Shown: positions 50,062-58,783 of the stretch, piece by piece
Layout: every line of letters starts with the position of its first letter
Numbering within the stretch: the first letter of the stretch is position 1
Assembly (NCBI GenBank): GCA_001786765.1
Contig: MFTH01000010.1
Location: 34,105 to 98,104 of the forward strand
DNA from: Candidatus Nomurabacteria bacterium RIFCSPHIGHO2_01_FULL_37_25
Lineage (GTDB): Bacteria > Patescibacteriota > Minisyncoccia > Phycocordibacterales > UBA9973
Direction: 5' to 3'
Length of the DNA: 64,000 nt
Program-made: the position numbers and the translations under genes
Notes under the pieces: model-generated
The model's input: the letters and a program-made list of their open reading frames with translations, nothing else
What the model was told of the DNA's origin: nothing
The model's database searches: none

Positions 50062-51072
50062 TTATTTTTTAAGCTTATCAACTTTTTTTTCATTCCCCTT
50101 TAATATATGAACTGCTTTTGCAATAAGCGGAATAATATCATTATAAATACGAAGCTCCGGCACTTCTGTCATCTCAAACCACCTAGCGCCATCAAGTCCA
50201 CCAGACTTTTCTAGCTCCAATTCTTTATACTCGCTATATGCCAAAAAGTAAACAACCTTCTTCAGACTTTTACCACGCTCTGGATGTGTCGCCACATATT
50301 CATTCCTTCCAAGTTCTTCTTTTATTACAATATCCAACCCAATTTCCTTTTTAATCGTTTTTATCGTGGCTTCTTTTATATCTTGATATTCTTCAGCTTT
50401 GCCTTTAGAAAGAGTCCAGTAGCCAAAGACGTCGTGCACAAATGCAAATAAAATAGTATTATCGGTTCCTGATTCTGAACTATTATATGAACCAGTAGGC
50501 TTTTTCGCATATACTAATGCGCCCACTAGATTCTCAACTGGCAATTGAGTAACATCTATTACTTCTTTCTGCTTTTTAGATTCAACATCATTTATATTTT
50601 TTTGATATGTTTTTTTATGTCCTTTGTCGGGCTCGCCTATTTCTTTGTAAACTGCGCCGAGCACACCATTTACAAATTTACCAGAATTTTCCCCGCCGAA
50701 AGTTTTAGCTAATTCTATAGCTTCATTGATTGCCACTTTCGGAGGCACCTGGGACCTATCACCAAACAAAAGTTCAGTTAACCCAATTCGTAGGATATTT
50801 CTATCAACAATAGAGATTTTATCTACCGGCCAGTCTGGCGCAGCCTTTTCCATAATCTCATCAATTATCACTCGCTTTTTTAAAATTTTATCGATTAAAG
50901 AAAATACAAAGGGATCTTCCTCAATCCCAGGAGCAAATTCTTTTAAATTTCTATTTAATGCCGTCTTTATATAGTCGTCAACAAAACTATCCCCTTTTTT
51001 TTCTATAGGTAAGAAATCCCACTCAAAAAGCGTTTGAAGCACTATTGATCTTGAAAGGTGCCTATTTGCCAT
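50062..51072 (-). CDS. nusB: NusB-like N-terminal domain fused to C-terminal NUDIX hydrolase
   Basis: NusB motifs (VDRNILRIGLTELLF, KFVNGVLGAV), then NUDIX box GKAEEYQDIKEATIKTIKKEIGL. Confidence 0.75.
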   Translation of the reverse strand: MANRHLSRSIVLQTLFEWDFLPIEKKGDSFVDDYIKTALNRNLKEFAPGIEEDPFVFSLIDKILKKRVIIDEIMEKAAPDWPVDKISIVDRNILRIGLTELLFGDRSQVPPKVAINEAIELAKTFGGENSGKFVNGVLGAVYKEIGEPDKGHKKTYQKNINDVESKKQKEVIDVTQLPVENLVGALVYAKKPTGSYNSSESGTDNTILFAFVHDVFGYWTLSKGKAEEYQDIKEATIKTIKKEIGLDIVIKEELGRNEYVATHPERGKSLKKVVYFLAYSEYKELELEKSGGLDGARWFEMTEVPELRIYNDIIPLIAKAVHILKGNEKKVDKLKK

Positions 51073-51094
51073 AAATTAATGAACAAAATGAGAT

Positions 51095-51319
51095 TTATTT
51101 TTCTGCTTGTTTTGCCTTTTCTTTCTTTTGTTTCTTTTCTGCTTTTTTGACTAAATCTAAAACTTTCTTTCCTCGATAAAAACCACAAGACGGACACACT
51201 ACGTGACGTCTTTTCAAAGCTTTGCAATTTTCACATTTGGAAAAACTTGTACTAGCTAAAGCGTGGTGAGAACGCCTATTTCCTGTATGCGATTTTGTGC
51301 TCCTCATTCGTACTACCAT
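51095..51319 (-). CDS. rpmF: 50S ribosomal protein L32
   Basis: MVVRMRSTKSHTGNRRSHHAL plus CxxC. Confidence 0.85.
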   Translation of the reverse strand: MVVRMRSTKSHTGNRRSHHALASTSFSKCENCKALKRRHVVCPSCGFYRGKKVLDLVKKAEKKQKKEKAKQAEK

Positions 51320-51459
51320 AATATTTATATCCTAACATATTAGAAGCGAAATGCAATTTTTTTTCAATTTTCTATAAGTTTATGATTGCCAGAAAGTAAA
51401 CGTCTTCTTATTTTTTCCCAACTTTTACGCATATGCTAGAATCTTATGAAAAAGATAAA

Positions 51460-52080
51460 TTAAAATAAATGAAAATTTTTCTTTAACTTTTCTTCTCTTA
51501 AGAAGTTTTCTACAGTCAAAACCTCCACATATTTCCCCACTCCAAAGAAATCAGCAATAAAGATTATTTCGTCTTCACAAGGATAAGGATAAATCCAAGC
51601 GGATTTTTGAAATTGGAAAAAATTTAATTCTTTCAAATGATACCGTAATGCTTCTCTACCTTTTGTAAATCTCATCGGAATATCAAACATAACTAATCTC
51701 CATTTGCTATCCCATCTTTTTGGCTTGTTAATCTTCATCAGCTCAATATCGAAAGCTCTGAGTCTCGTATTTCCTTTTTTAGTAATTTTTACTATAGTTT
51801 TTCCGTTCTTGTCAGCGACATATTCTATGAGTTTTTGACGTCTAATATTATCAATAGCGCTTTGTATTTGTTTTTTAGAATACTTTTTAGATCCTTCAAA
51901 CATCTTAAAACATTGCACTGCATTACCCATAACTCCTGCGCCCAACACCAGCATAGGCATTAAAGATACAGCCAACACACAAAGAGCAACTGTGGAAATT
52001 TTTGCTTCAGTTGTATCAGACTCTAAAAAATCTTTTAATCTCTTTGAATACCCTGCTTTATTATTTTTTCCCATATACAT
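51460..52080 (-). CDS. PaaX-family-like regulator (N-terminal TM segment, wHTH, PaaX_C-like W..W.L..FDIP...LR..L...F.....S.W..P) bracketed by inverted half-palindromes
   Basis: RWDSKWRLVMFDIPMRFTKGREALRYHLKELNFFQFQKSAWIYP matches the PaaX C-terminal pattern; IRs at 51429-51447 and 52081-52099. Confidence 0.45.
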   Translation of the reverse strand: MYMGKNNKAGYSKRLKDFLESDTTEAKISTVALCVLAVSLMPMLVLGAGVMGNAVQCFKMFEGSKKYSKKQIQSAIDNIRRQKLIEYVADKNGKTIVKITKKGNTRLRAFDIELMKINKPKRWDSKWRLVMFDIPMRFTKGREALRYHLKELNFFQFQKSAWIYPYPCEDEIIFIADFFGVGKYVEVLTVENFLREEKLKKNFHLF

Positions 52081-52107
52081 AAGATTCTAGCATATGCGGA
52101 AATCTTA

Positions 52108-52245
52108 GGTAAATAATGCCTCCTTTTTATAGCTCATATGGAGGGCAGGGGCTTGCGCCCCTGCCCTAGAGAGGAAGGGGAAAGTCGATTGAATGGGCTA
52201 GGGGGGTCAGCAACTATTGTTGCTGACCCCCCCCTCCCAAAATAT
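52108..52245 (+). other. GC-rich highly structured element upstream of thrS (two perfect long hairpins inside a GGAGGG/CCCTCC outer stem)
   Basis: GGGCAGGGGCttgcGCCCCTGCCC (10 bp) and GGGGGGTCAGCAACtattGTTGCTGACCCCCC (14 bp). Confidence 0.5.
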
Positions 52246-52264
52246 TATTAACAAAAAATAGATA

Positions 52265-54043
52265 ATGTGTGATATTATAAATAACATAAATTATATGAAC
52301 GAAAATAATAAACTGCAAAATTTAAGACATACTTTAGCCCACTTACTCGCCGCATCTATAAGGGCAATTTATAAAGATTCTCAAAATGCCATTGGTCCGG
52401 CCATAGACGATGGCTTTTATCAGGATTTTGAGTTGGTTGAACCAATTTCCGAAAATGATTTACCAAAAATAGAGAAAAAAATGCGAGAGCTTTTGAAAAA
52501 GTGGAACGCTTTTGAAAAACGAGAAGTAACCCCGCAAGAAGCAAAAAAAGAGTTTGCTTGGAATAAATACAAAGTTGAATTAATTGAAGAATTTGCAAAA
52601 GACGGGAAAAATCTGACTTTCTACACTTGTGGTGATTTTATAGATTTGTGCAAAGGAGGACATTTAGAAAATCCTAGTAAAGAACTTCCGTTTGACGCTT
52701 TCAAACTAGACCGTGTGGCCGGAGCTTACTGGCGTGGAGATGAAAAGAATAAAATGCTTACGCGTATTTATGGTTTAGCCTTTGAAACCAAAGAAGAATT
52801 AGACGCATACATAATGCAAAGAATAGAAGCAGAGAAAAGAGACCACAGAGAGTTGGGCAAAAAATTAGAATTATTCACTTTTGATGAAGAGGTCGGGAAG
52901 GGTCTGCCTATTTGGTTGCCAAAGGGAAATATAATTAAAGAAGAATTAGAAAATTGGGCAAAAGAGACAGAAAAAAAATGGAATTACCAAAGAGTCACGA
53001 CCCCAATAATCACAAAAGAAAATTTGTTTTACACCTCTGGGCATTTGCCTTTATACAAAGAAAGCATGTATGCGCCTATATCTATCGAAGAAGAAAATTA
53101 CTATATAAAACCGATGAATTGTCCTTTTCATCATAAAGTATTTTCTGCCCTTCCCAGAAGTTATAAAGATTTGCCTCTTCGTCTGGCAGAATACGGATGG
53201 TGTCATAGATATGAAGATTCTGGAAGTCTTTTTGGGCTGATGAGAGTGCGTGGAATGCAAATGAATGATGCTCACATATATACAACACAAGAGCAAGCGA
53301 TAAATGAATTTGTGGATGTAATAAGATTGCACGAATATTATTACAAAGTGCTTGATATAGATAAATATGAGATGGAATTGGCTTTGCGAGATCCAAAAAA
53401 AATAGATAAATATCATGGCGAAGAAAAAGATTGGAAAATGGCAGAAGAAATGACAATAAAAGCTATGGAACTCTCAGGAGTGCCGTTTAAGATAGTCCAT
53501 GAAGGAGCCGCCTTTTACGGACCAAAAATGGATTTCCAAATATATTCTTCTATCGGCAGATCTTTCACTGCTTCAACAAATCAATTAGATTTATACATGG
53601 GTAAAAGATTCAAGTTAGAATATACAGACAAAGATGGGTCTAGAAAAACACCATTTATAATACACCGAGCTCCGCTTGGAACCCACGAAAGATTTATTGG
53701 ATTTTTAATAGAACACTTTGGCGGCGCCTTCCCTCTTTGGCTTTCGCCTGTACAGGTCAAGGTCATACCCGTGCGGGAAAATCATAATGAATACGCGAGA
53801 AAAATTTTTGAATCATTAAGAGAAAATAATATCCGCGTAGAACTTGACGAAGGAGACCAAAACCTAGGCACGAAAGTTCGTGACGCTAAAAATAACAAGC
53901 TACCCTACTGGATAGTCGTCGGTGATAAAGAAATTGAAGCGAATAAAATAACTTTAGAATCACGCGATTCCGGTCAGCTTGGGCAAATGAGTCGCGAAGA
54001 ACTCATAAAAAAACTTTTGGAAGAAATAAAGAATAAAAAATAA
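52265..54043 (+). CDS. thrS: Threonyl-tRNA synthetase lacking the N-terminal TGS domain
   Basis: Editing/SAD HxxxH (HTLAHLL), class II motifs, anticodon-binding domain. Confidence 0.9.
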   Translation: MCDIINNINYMNENNKLQNLRHTLAHLLAASIRAIYKDSQNAIGPAIDDGFYQDFELVEPISENDLPKIEKKMRELLKKWNAFEKREVTPQEAKKEFAWNKYKVELIEEFAKDGKNLTFYTCGDFIDLCKGGHLENPSKELPFDAFKLDRVAGAYWRGDEKNKMLTRIYGLAFETKEELDAYIMQRIEAEKRDHRELGKKLELFTFDEEVGKGLPIWLPKGNIIKEELENWAKETEKKWNYQRVTTPIITKENLFYTSGHLPLYKESMYAPISIEEENYYIKPMNCPFHHKVFSALPRSYKDLPLRLAEYGWCHRYEDSGSLFGLMRVRGMQMNDAHIYTTQEQAINEFVDVIRLHEYYYKVLDIDKYEMELALRDPKKIDKYHGEEKDWKMAEEMTIKAMELSGVPFKIVHEGAAFYGPKMDFQIYSSIGRSFTASTNQLDLYMGKRFKLEYTDKDGSRKTPFIIHRAPLGTHERFIGFLIEHFGGAFPLWLSPVQVKVIPVRENHNEYARKIFESLRENNIRVELDEGDQNLGTKVRDAKNNKLPYWIVVGDKEIEANKITLESRDSGQLGQMSREELIKKLLEEIKNKK

Positions 54044-54047
54044 CCTA

Positions 54048-54190
54048 GTTTGAATTACGAAACTCTTACTTGGCATATCTTTTTCTAGGGTACAGATTTT
54101 TTGAAGCTTAAAAAATCTTGAAGTTTGCTCGCCGTCGCTCGCAAAACCCCCTAAAAAAGACATGCCTGCGACAAGTTTCGTAATTCAAAG
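54048..54190. mobile_element. MITE-like element copy 3 (opposite orientation, ~85% identity to copy 1), followed by a degenerate partial copy at ~54205-54275
   Basis: Same 17-bp TIRs TTTGAATTACGAAACT...AGTTTCGTAATTCAAAG and AAGCTT-centred internal hairpin. Confidence 0.75.
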
Positions 54191-54337
54191 TTAATTAGTA
54201 TAAATTCCAAAAAAACTCGTCGCAGGTGTAGTTTTTGGTAGACATTGCGCAGGCTGACGAGCCGAGCATAGCAAATTTTCAGCAGAAAATTATGCGTGTC
54301 TAACAAAAATTATACCGAGAAAGAGTTTTTTTGGAAT

Positions 54338-55249
54338 TTACAAACTTAAAGCCATTTTTGATTTCCAAAAAAAGAAAGCAATTATGAACATTGTCATAAG
54401 CGGAGATAAATATTCTGGAATATGAAAATCAAAACTATGCAATATCATAATAATACCTAGCACCAATATAGAATACATCGCGCCATTTTTTAAATAAACA
54501 TATTTTTTAATTCGTTCTATATTGCTGATGGTGACCTGTCGCACCAATAACGCGCCAAAACCATTTCCAATTAAAATCAAAGGCACAGAGAGAGTAAAAG
54601 CAAAAGCGCCGAGCACTCCGTCAATAGAAAAAGTGGTATCAATTATTTCTAAAAAGAAAAGTTTGCTCAAATCCGAATGCGCGCTACCAAGCAATTTCCT
54701 TTCCTGTTCTTCGGCATTTTGTTTGAAACCATGAGTAATAAAAAATAAACTTGAGCCGACGACAGCTCCAAAGCCCATTATGTTACTCTCTTTGAGCGCA
54801 AACCAAGAAATAATTGCAAGTAAAACAGAAACTACAGCATAAAACCAAACTCCTTTTGACATGAAAAATTTCTCTGTCCTCGGTAAACCAAGCTTTTTAT
54901 CTTCTAGAAACAGCCAATGTAAAAATAAAAACAAAAGAAAAACTCCGCCAGCGACGAGCAAAATTGGCGCGGATTTTTCTATGGATTCCAGAACCACAGG
55001 GTCAGAAGACCAAGCCGCTGAAAAAATCTGCATTGGGCTAAGACTTGTGTTAAAAGCCCAAATTATAGCAAAAGGTAAAAGCCCACGAACTAAAAATACC
55101 GCAATAAACATTCCCCAAGTTAGAAACCACCTCCGAGCGCGAGAGCCCATGGTGGAGAGCACCTCGGCATTTATAATAGCATTATCCACAGACGAAACTG
55201 CTTCAAAAAGCGAGAGACCAATGATAGTAATAAGGGCGGAAAATAGCAT
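54338..55249 (-). CDS. TerC/DUF475-family integral membrane protein
   Basis: SVDNAIINA motif, ~8 TM helices. Confidence 0.65.
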   Translation of the reverse strand: MLFSALITIIGLSLFEAVSSVDNAIINAEVLSTMGSRARRWFLTWGMFIAVFLVRGLLPFAIIWAFNTSLSPMQIFSAAWSSDPVVLESIEKSAPILLVAGGVFLLFLFLHWLFLEDKKLGLPRTEKFFMSKGVWFYAVVSVLLAIISWFALKESNIMGFGAVVGSSLFFITHGFKQNAEEQERKLLGSAHSDLSKLFFLEIIDTTFSIDGVLGAFAFTLSVPLILIGNGFGALLVRQVTISNIERIKKYVYLKNGAMYSILVLGIIMILHSFDFHIPEYLSPLMTMFIIAFFFWKSKMALSL

Positions 55250-55466
55250 TTAAATATTAATATATAAATTTTTTGCCAAGATTTTTATAAAAACTCTTTT
55301 ATTTTTTCCTGAAAAAAAACCTGCATATCGCTCTTTGACTCTTGCTTTTTAATCCATATAATATTTTCATCGTCTAAATCTTCAGGTGATGTTAATTGCT
55401 CACAAAAAAGCGCATTTATCCCAAACTTTTTTTGTTTCTTGATTTAGAGATTCATAATGCATATTA

Positions 55467-55709
55467 TTATGATTTAAACATTATATTTGCTAATTTTATT
55501 GCGGAAGGTCTGATAGCTGAAACAGAGATATTGTTGAGTGTTTTTTGAACTTCAGAAACACCATAAAAAGATTTTATCCATCGCCAATGGTCTAAATCCC
55601 CATACGCAATGGTATTTGTAATAATCGTATTCTTCATCGTTTTTGGATCGCATTTTTCAAAATCATATGACCAAAGAATGGAGCGAAATATTTCGGGTAG
55701 CCTTTTCAT
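55467..55709 (-). CDS. Hypothetical small protein (possible remnant)
   Basis: 80-aa ORF, no motif. Confidence 0.2.
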   Translation of the reverse strand: MKRLPEIFRSILWSYDFEKCDPKTMKNTIITNTIAYGDLDHWRWIKSFYGVSEVQKTLNNISVSAIRPSAIKLANIMFKS

Positions 55710-55747
55710 ACTTGTATATTATAACAACAAATAAGCGGCAAAAATAC

Positions 55748-55952
55748 TTGACTTTTTCATTTTATTGTGCTATACTATAAGGGTAATAAGGTCTTTGAAA
55801 ATATAATATGTTTCGAGTTATTCTTGAGTGGTTCGCCCATCAAGTAGCTAAAGAAATTTAGCTCTTTGCTCGGCGAACGACTCGAAAAATAAATCCATTC
55901 CGACGAAAGTCGGAATACAACATGCGTCTATGAGGCGCAAAGGGAGAAGGAA
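55748..55952 (+). promoter_or_regulatory. Promoter (TTGACT-17-TATACT) plus ~170-nt structured leader, copy 1
   Basis: Near-identical promoter and colinear leader at 57351-57556, with compensatory stem changes. Confidence 0.65.
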
Positions 55953-56672
55953 ATGGAAACCAAGAAAAGACGGCGGAATCCCTGGGGCCCAGTTTTAAAA
56001 AATCCAAAGGCAACACAGGACACTGCAGTTGGGACTGCAGTTCCACCGCCACAGAAGAAACAAAAGATGGTGGAATGGCTGGTGGGGGGGATATTTATTT
56101 TTCTGGTCCTGGTATGCGGATTCTACTTTGAGTTCGCGTACCGAGTCCTGGCTGTAGTTGGGCTCGGGATCACCATGGCTGTACTCATGGTACAGTCTAT
56201 CTTCTCCGAGAAAGAGGTGAGTTTTTGGACCACCTTGGGAAAGGTTGTTGGAAACAACAACTGGATTTACTGGTGGATCTTCTTGTCTGGGATGGCTTGT
56301 CTCCTGATAGGATTTTTCTCAAACAACATTCCGAGAAAAATCTATACGGTGCTTGTCATAATAGACAATCCTGTAAGTCCCGGTAATTGGAGTAAGGCCG
56401 CAGAGAGTCTTACTCTAGAGGACCCTTTTAAAAACAACGACGACAACCCCTTCCTCGCAACAAACGAAGGAACTCAAGGCAGTTCCCTCTTCGCAGGAGA
56501 GGAGGCGAAATGGGGTTTCGCCGGTCTTCAATTCCTCTTGCTGGCTCTGCCAGCAAGGTTCGTCTCTTACTGGGACGAAATGAAGAGGAAGGCGAAAAAA
56601 AAGGAGAAGGGCCAGAGCTGGATTAGCTGGTTCTTCAGCCACGTCCTCTTTGAATTAATCTGGCCTGGGTAG
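55953..56672 (+). CDS. Hypothetical polytopic membrane protein (GC-rich island)
   Basis: GC-rich ORF with SD AAGGGAGAAGGAA before the ATG; several TM helices. Confidence 0.5.
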   Translation: METKKRRRNPWGPVLKNPKATQDTAVGTAVPPPQKKQKMVEWLVGGIFIFLVLVCGFYFEFAYRVLAVVGLGITMAVLMVQSIFSEKEVSFWTTLGKVVGNNNWIYWWIFLSGMACLLIGFFSNNIPRKIYTVLVIIDNPVSPGNWSKAAESLTLEDPFKNNDDNPFLATNEGTQGSSLFAGEEAKWGFAGLQFLLLALPARFVSYWDEMKRKAKKKEKGQSWISWFFSHVLFELIWPG

Positions 56673-56693
56673 GTAATAGAGGAGACCAAAAAT

Positions 56694-57206
56694 ATGCCGA
56701 GAATCTTCATAATGTTGGTGGTGTTGGTGCTTTCAATTTACTCTTTTGGATGCGGGGGGGAGAATAAGTATGAAAAGACCATAAGTTCTGCTGAAAAGCA
56801 GGACAGGGATAGCCCCCCTGCAAATTATGAAGAGGCGCAAAAACGCTTCAACCAAGTAGCCAAGTATCTTGACTACTTGGAGAAGCATCCGGAGAGTTCT
56901 TCCCCAGAACTCACAGCAAGGGCAAAGGCCCTGCTGGATAGCCGTAAAGCGGCGGCTATGGCTAAAGGATGGAATGTCGCCGCCGGAGCGCTAGAGAAGG
57001 TAGTGCAAAAGGCGAAGGAAGTGGCGAAGGAAGTGCTGGGCACCATTGGCGTCACAGACCTACCCAGCGCTGCCAAAAAGGTCGAGGAGGCAAGAGATTG
57101 GGTCCTTAGGGACCCGGAAAGAGAAGAACAGTTCTCCTGCAAGGATATCGACGGTAACCCCGTCGACGTCACGAAGGAAGGTTTTGCCCATCTCTGCGTA
57201 AGGTAG
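56694..57206 (+). CDS. Hypothetical lipoprotein (GC-rich island)
   Basis: Signal peptide with lipobox-like ...YSFGC, helical body. Confidence 0.5.
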   Translation: MPRIFIMLVVLVLSIYSFGCGGENKYEKTISSAEKQDRDSPPANYEEAQKRFNQVAKYLDYLEKHPESSSPELTARAKALLDSRKAAAMAKGWNVAAGALEKVVQKAKEVAKEVLGTIGVTDLPSAAKKVEEARDWVLRDPEREEQFSCKDIDGNPVDVTKEGFAHLCVR

Positions 57207-57264
57207 AAAGGAGGAAAAAACTTACGCAGGTGGGGAGGGTGCGCGACCCTATAACGCGCAAATT

Positions 57265-57298
57265 GGGCGGACTCAGAAATGAGTACCGCCCTTTTTTT
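57265..57298 (+). terminator. Rho-independent terminator
   Basis: GGGCGGactcagaaatgagtaCCGCCC plus TTTTTTT. Confidence 0.75.
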
Positions 57299-57350
57299 AT
57301 TTTAATATTATAAAATAAGGATAAAATAGCTTTTTTGTCAAGATTAAACC

Positions 57351-57556
57351 TTGACTTTTTCATTTTATTGTGCTATACTATAAAGGTAATCAGGTCTTTG
57401 AAAATATAATATGTTCTGAGTCATTCTTGAGCAGTTTGCCTATCAAGTAGCTAAAGAGATTTGGCTCTTTGCTTGGCAAACGAGCTCAAGGAATGGAAAC
57501 TTCTCTGGTGAAAGCCAGAGTACAAATGCGTCATCTTGACGCGAAAGGAGTCCACA
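57351..57556 (+). promoter_or_regulatory. Promoter (TTGACT-17-TATACT) plus ~170-nt structured leader, copy 2
   Basis: See copy 1; the ORF-track ORF 57469-57702 lies inside the leader and is probably not coding. Confidence 0.65.
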
Positions 57557-58654
57557 ATGTGGACATTGATTATTTTATTAGCGGCCAGTTACTGGGCATC
57601 CACTGGGATACCCGGGTGGCCGTTGTCAACATGGCAGACGTCCCTGGTGGCGGGAGCCCTATATGGGCTCTATCGACTGGCGTGCTGGATGCAGTGGATT
57701 GATGGTGGCCATCATACCACCACACCAGTTAGCACCGCCGCCGGACACAGTGGAGGAAGTGGTGGTATGTGGGGAGGGATACCAAAGCTAGGACTTTGGT
57801 ACGTTCTCACAACCGCCCTAATGATGATAGGTACATACATAGTCAACGTGCAAAACGTTGACATGTTTATGTATTTCATAACATTAGGGGGACGGTCGTG
57901 GATTTATCCTTTATCCACAACGGATGCTATCCTCTGGACGTCTACCCTGGCTCTCATGTCAGCGGTCGCCTGGCTAGCAGTGGAGGGGAGATGGCGACCG
58001 GCTGGATGGATATTCGGGATAACCTTTATAACTCTCCTTGTTTTTAGGGAGTTCGGTCCGTTCTTCGAGGCGATCCGGCCGATCCCGAGCTCCGGTCCTG
58101 TCACGCCGGGCATCGGCGAAAGTCAAGAGAGGGCGGACCTGAACGCCGCCCTAGTCAAGCGAGGAGCGCTCCCCGTAGCGGGGGAGGTGGTGGCCAAGTT
58201 TGGGTTCGGGGAGGTAGACCCAAAGGAAGGTTTCCTCCTCGGCCTGGTTTCCCGAGGGTGGGTGTGGTGGATGGGCGCACCCACCTACGACCCCAAGAAG
58301 GGGGCAGTCCTGGGGAGATTGTATCAGTTTTGGGAATGGGCGGCTGGAGAAAGCCCACTCCCATCTCGCGCGCCGGCGGTAGTGTTTTCCCCCACCCCTG
58401 CGCCGGCGGGACCGCTGAGAAGCTGTTCCGTCCCCTGCGAGATGTGGGTGGATTGGGAGGAGGACATCAAAACGGGTGGGCGAGACGTTTTGGTCCTCTT
58501 CCACGGAAAGGAGGAATGGTTCCGCCTTTCCGGAGGGAATGAAAAGGATATCCCCAGGGAGGTTTTCTCCCCCGGCAAGGCAAAGTTTGCTTTGCCGGAC
58601 GACGGCGACGACGCGTCGCCCATAATGGTAAAAATTTTCGCGGCGAAAAAATAA
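57557..58654 (+). CDS. Hypothetical polytopic membrane protein with Pro/Gly-rich C-terminal region (GC-rich island)
   Basis: ATG at 57557 preceded by AAAGGAG; ~8 TM helices; ORF-track start 57536 is a TTG upstream. Confidence 0.5.
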   Translation: MWTLIILLAASYWASTGIPGWPLSTWQTSLVAGALYGLYRLACWMQWIDGGHHTTTPVSTAAGHSGGSGGMWGGIPKLGLWYVLTTALMMIGTYIVNVQNVDMFMYFITLGGRSWIYPLSTTDAILWTSTLALMSAVAWLAVEGRWRPAGWIFGITFITLLVFREFGPFFEAIRPIPSSGPVTPGIGESQERADLNAALVKRGALPVAGEVVAKFGFGEVDPKEGFLLGLVSRGWVWWMGAPTYDPKKGAVLGRLYQFWEWAAGESPLPSRAPAVVFSPTPAPAGPLRSCSVPCEMWVDWEEDIKTGGRDVLVLFHGKEEWFRLSGGNEKDIPREVFSPGKAKFALPDDGDDASPIMVKIFAAKK

Positions 58655-58740
58655 AAATTTTTACCGCGAGCGCCTGACCAGCGCAAACGAGGTCAGAAAG
58701 GAGAAAGGCCACAATCGCGTCTGGCCAACGCACACAAAAG

Positions 58741-58773
58741 GGCGTCTCAACGAGACGCCCTTTTCTATTTTTA
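58741..58773 (+). terminator. Rho-independent terminator
   Basis: GGCGTCTCaacgGAGACGCC plus TTTTCTATTTTT. Confidence 0.8.
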
Positions 58774-58783
58774 CTAAACAGAA

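Noticed and set aside
52108-52245. T-box leader for thrS
   Set aside because: No specifier loop, no conserved T-box antiterminator sequence.
57469-57702. 77-aa ORF at the start of the second GC-island transcript
   Set aside because: It lies within the conserved structured leader that is colinear with leader copy 1; the true CDS starts at 57557 with a proper SD.
58151-58733. Multiple overlapping ORFs on both strands (58151-58504, 58155-58364, 58258-58542, 58324-58686, 58467-58733)
   Set aside because: They lie within the high-GC membrane-protein gene 57557-58654; long spurious frames are expected in GC-rich DNA.
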